A stretch of DNA of 64,000 nt from Nitrospirota bacterium (GTDB taxonomy: Bacteria > Nitrospirota > Nitrospiria > 2-01-FULL-66-17), in assembly GCA_049325335.1 (NCBI GenBank), contig JBMOMC010000006.1:126666-190665 (forward strand), given 5' to 3'. The translations under genes and the position numbers were made by a program. This document shows, piece by piece, positions 60,465 through 64,000 of this stretch; position 1 is the stretch's first letter, and each line of letters begins with the position of its first letter. The notes beneath the pieces are model-generated. The model did no database searches and was not told where the DNA came from. It worked only from the letters and a program-made list of their open reading frames with translations.

Positions 60465-61381
60465 CCCCGTTGCGCAAGCCTCCTGCGTTGCGCAAGGGCG
60501 ATCTCATCGGCGTAGTAGCGCCGGCCGGCGTGGTGAAAAACGATGACCTCAATGCCGGCATCGCGCGACTGGAAGAATTGGGGTATCGGATTCTGCTCGG
60601 CCGATCCTTGCGCCGCGCGGCGCGGTATCTCGCGGGACGCGACGCGGAACGCGCCGCGGACCTGATGGAGATGTTCACGAACCCCGAGGTGCGGGCCGTG
60701 GTGGCGGCGCGCGGCGGGTACGGGTCCTCGCGCGTGATCCCGCTGCTCGATCCCGCGGTCATCGCGCGATCCCCTAAAATTTTCGTGGGCAGCAGCGACG
60801 TGACGGTCTTGCTGCATTTTCTCCGCGCGGCCTGCGGGGTCGTGACGTTTCACGGCCCCATGGTCAGCCCGAACTTCGGCAAATATTCTTCGCCGACCAC
60901 CAGCGAATCGTTCGTGCGGATGTTGGGTTCGACCACGCCACCGGGTCGGTTCGACGTGCGCGGGGTCGCTGCGCTCAAGGGCGGCAGCGCGGAAGGCGTG
61001 TTGACCGGCGGGTGCCTGTCGCTAGTGTGTCAGACCATCGGCACGCCGTACGAAATTCAGACCGACGGGGCAATCGTATTCCTCGAGGACATCAACGAGC
61101 CGCCGTATCGCATTGATCGAATGCTCACGTACCTCAAGCAACTCGGGAAGTTCGAACGGGCGCGCGCGGTGATTTTCGGCCTGATGCCGGACTGTCATCC
61201 TGCGCCGCACGAATCGTACACGCTCCACGACGTGATTCGCGACGTGTTCGGGGACCTACCCTGTCCGATCCTGGTGGATTTCCCATCTGGCCACGGCGGC
61301 ACGAACGTGACCTTGCCGTTCGGCGTGCGCGCGGCGGTGGATGGCGCGACACTGAGTATCCTTGAGGCCCCGGTCGGTTAG
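60461..61381 (+). CDS. ldcA: LD-carboxypeptidase (S66)
   Basis: ARGGYG, FVGSSD, LEDINE and SGHG (S-E-H triad). Confidence 0.92.
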   Translation: MTPLRKPPALRKGDLIGVVAPAGVVKNDDLNAGIARLEELGYRILLGRSLRRAARYLAGRDAERAADLMEMFTNPEVRAVVAARGGYGSSRVIPLLDPAVIARSPKIFVGSSDVTVLLHFLRAACGVVTFHGPMVSPNFGKYSSPTTSESFVRMLGSTTPPGRFDVRGVAALKGGSAEGVLTGGCLSLVCQTIGTPYEIQTDGAIVFLEDINEPPYRIDRMLTYLKQLGKFERARAVIFGLMPDCHPAPHESYTLHDVIRDVFGDLPCPILVDFPSGHGGTNVTLPFGVRAAVDGATLSILEAPVG

Positions 61382-61385
61382 ACGG

Positions 61386-62817
61386 CTAGTTTCTCGTCAC
61401 CTGGTAGATCGTCTCGGTGCTTTTCATCTCCTCACTGTTGACCGCGACGATGGGAAACGCGAACGAACATGGCGGTGCGGCGCAGTCGAGCATCACTCTC
61501 GTGCGCCATCCCGTATCGTAATTGCGCGGTACCACCTCAACGCCGCTGATCGTCACGCGTGCACCCGCGGGCTTGAGTCCCGTGATCAACACTGAGGCGT
61601 CGGTGGTGACCAACGGGGGAAACGGCGGGGCGTTCACGGCATGCGCGGCAACAGTCGCGACGCTTTGGGTGTTGCCCGCCGCAGTGACCTGATAGGTGTA
61701 GGTGGGGCAGGAATCGACGGGACCGGTGCACGGGGTCAGGACTGGGTGCTGGAACTCCACGCCGGTAACCCGTTCGGATCCTCCGAGGCCGTTTTGCGTA
61801 CTCCAGATCACGTCGTAATCCGTAACTCCGGCCACCGCATCCCATGTGATGGTGTTGACGTCTTGTCCGGCCGCAATGGCGACGTGGAGCGGGACCCCGG
61901 TGGTGGCGGTCTTGGGAACCGCATAGACCGTTGCCGAGGGCGGTCCCAGCCCGCCTGAGAACACCGGACGGACCCGGAACGCGTGCCGGCGGCCATTACT
62001 CAGCCCCCGGATGGTGATCGGAAGGGTTGGAATCGGTCCTGCCGTGATCACTTGTGACGGGACGACCGTGATGGCGACGCTGTTGGTTGCGGTCCACGCG
62101 AGGGTGACCTGTCTTTCCCGGGCGGTGAGCGTGAGGCCGGTCTGATGGCTCGGGACGGCACCGACCTCCACCGAGACGCCGGACTCCCCGAAGCCCGGAA
62201 TGACCGCGGTAACGACATAGTAATAGGATGTGGTTGCATCGAGGGCATCGTGCGTATACGTCGTGACGCTGCCATCAAGGTTTATCCGTGTCCCGTTGGA
62301 TGGCGTCACATTCGGCACGTACGACCAGTACAGTCGGTACTCGCTAGCGCCTGAAACGGGTTCCCAGGAGAGGGTGTTCGAGATCTCATTCGGCGCGACG
62401 GAGACGGCCGCGGGCGCACCGGTGTTAAGGGGCCGCGGCAACGCGGACACCGCGGCGGACCGGGAGTTTTCTGTGATCAGATAATGGTAACGCGCATCGG
62501 TCGCCAACGACGCGTGGGTGTAACTCCCGGCGCTGGGATCAACATCGGTCAGCTCCATGGCGTCGGCTTCCCACTCCGCGCGGTATGATTGCGCGCCGTT
62601 GACCAAGTTCCATGTAAGGTCCACGGAACCGTCACCCACCGTGACCTTCACGTTCCACGGGACTCCGACCAGCACGGGTGGCGCAACCGGGGTCACCGGC
62701 GTTGGGGGCGGGGGCGCGGGCGGCGGGGGGGGCGGAGGCGGCGGAACCGTCGGGACGTCAAGCGCGCTGCCGCAGCCCGTGAGGATCAGGGCCAGTAGCC
62801 CGACGGCGCGGAGGTGG
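61386..62817 (-). CDS. Lipoprotein with Pro-rich linker and fibronectin type III repeats (start uncertain)
   Basis: Lipobox LTGC, poly-Pro linker, and repeated L.W..V.GA..Y and YYYVV FN3 motifs. Confidence 0.75.
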
Positions 62818-64000
62818 TTAGTGAGCGCCCAGCCGTTCGGAAAGAAATCGCGAGAGGTCGGCCAACGGAACGTCCTGTTGGGCCTTGGTTGCCATGTCGC
62901 GGACCACGGCCTGGTCCTTGGCCAGTTCGTCGTCGCCGAGGAGCACCGTGTAGCGGGCGCCCAGCTTATCGGCTTTGCGCATCTGGCTTTTAAGACTGCC
63001 CCGGTCATAGTCGGTCTCGGCGCGGATTCCGGCATCGCGAAGCGCGGTGAGCAACCCCGCAAGCCGTCGGCCCGCCGCGTCGCCGAGGGCGGCAAGATAC
63101 ACCCCGAGCGGGGGAGCGAGCGCGCTCCCCCCAGGTAACAGGGCGACCACGCGTTCTATTCCCAAGGCAAACCCCACCGCCGGGGTCGGCGGGCCTCCCA
63201 GGGCTTCGACCAGGCCGTCGTAGCGTCCGCCGGCCGCAATGGTGTTCTGGGCGCCGAGCCCTTCGGCCGTGAACTCAAATGCGGTCTTAGTGTAATAGTC
63301 GAGGCCTCGCACCAGGCGTGGCTCGATCCGGTACGCCAATCTCACGTCGGTCAACGCGGCGGTTACCGCCTCGAAGTGGCCGACGCACTCGGGGCCGAGG
63401 TAGCCGGTGATGGTGGGCGCGTCGCGCGTCGCGGTTTTACACTCCTCGCGCTTGCAGTCCAAGATCCGTAATGGATTGGTCTCAAACCGCTTCCGACACA
63501 CCTCGCACAGGTCGGTCAACCGACCGGCCAGGAACGCCTTGAGGGCGTCGCGATACTGCGGTCGGCACAGTGGACACCCCAGGCTGTTGAGCAGGAGTGT
63601 CGTGGGCGCGATGCCCAACGCGCGGAACAGCCGATCCAACACAATGAGAAATTCGGCGTCGAGCAACGGGCTCTGGGATCCGATGGCTTCCGCGCCGATC
63701 TGATGGAACTGTCTGAACCGACCGGCCTGGGGCCGCTCGTGGCGAAACATGGGGCCGAGGTAATACACCTTGGTCAGCGGCGAGTCGCCCCACAAGTGAT
63801 GCTCGATATAGGCGCGGATGACCGACGCGGTGCCTTCCGGCCGCAACGTCAGGGATTTGCCATCGCGGTCGGGAAAGGTGTACATCTCCTTTTCCACGAT
63901 ATCGGTGGCCGCGCCCAGGCTCCGCGCGAATAGCTCCGAGGCTTCGAAGATCGGCAGTTTGATTTCGGCGTAGCCCGCGGTTTCCAGCAATCGTCGGGCC
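62818..64000 (-). CDS. hisS: Histidine--tRNA ligase (5' end outside window)
   Basis: KEMYTF, LRPEGTA, RHERPQAGRFRQFHQ, LVRGLDYY and GGRYD. Confidence 0.97.
   Translation of the reverse strand, partial: ARRLLETAGYAEIKLPIFEASELFARSLGAATDIVEKEMYTFPDRDGKSLTLRPEGTASVIRAYIEHHLWGDSPLTKVYYLGPMFRHERPQAGRFRQFHQIGAEAIGSQSPLLDAEFLIVLDRLFRALGIAPTTLLLNSLGCPLCRPQYRDALKAFLAGRLTDLCEVCRKRFETNPLRILDCKREECKTATRDAPTITGYLGPECVGHFEAVTAALTDVRLAYRIEPRLVRGLDYYTKTAFEFTAEGLGAQNTIAAGGRYDGLVEALGGPPTPAVGFALGIERVVALLPGGSALAPPLGVYLAALGDAAGRRLAGLLTALRDAGIRAETDYDRGSLKSQMRKADKLGARYTVLLGDDELAKDQAVVRDMATKAQQDVPLADLSRFLSERLGAH

Noticed and set aside
41031-61735. Shared PCTGP peptide in the two lipoproteins (near 41010 and 61725)
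   Set aside because: A five-residue match with no wider similarity; likely chance.

Overview
GC-rich bacterial chromosome segment. The gene content (era-mgtE-recO, tmk-holB-PSP1-metG, ubiC/ubiA/ubiD) and the repeat types suggest Nitrospirota or a related lineage; this is an inference. Bases 1-~7.46 kb are the right end of an integrative element inserted at tRNA-Phe(GAA) (7463-7538, minus strand). It encodes a UvrD-like helicase, a Cas4/AddB-like Fe-S PD-(D/E)XK nuclease, a putative single-strand annealing protein, a DUF932-like protein, a TOTE-type AEP primase with PriCT and a Cys cluster, an excisionase and a tyrosine integrase. The integrase ORF reads straight through the att site and the whole tRNA gene. 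The rest is mostly housekeeping: metG, holB, tmk, glmUS, pcrA, gatC-panD-cca-gatAB, eno, ftsB, era, mgtE, recO, an ECF sigma/anti-sigma locus, a moeA-like gene, nadK, pncAB, ubiCAD, pyrE, a vapBC-type TA pair, putA, mpl, ldcA and hisS. The most notable non-coding signal is a 4-copy hairpin family of about 120-240 bp. Each copy starts at the stop codon of the upstream gene in the sense orientation, with near-invariant internal-loop sequences but co-varying stems. Also present: GTAG-type REP palindromes (one in-frame inside putA), CCGG octamer-repeat arrays, and a TGAAT-N17-CGTCT promoter shared by the ECF sigma gene and a downstream gene. All calls come from reading motifs by eye; no searches were run.
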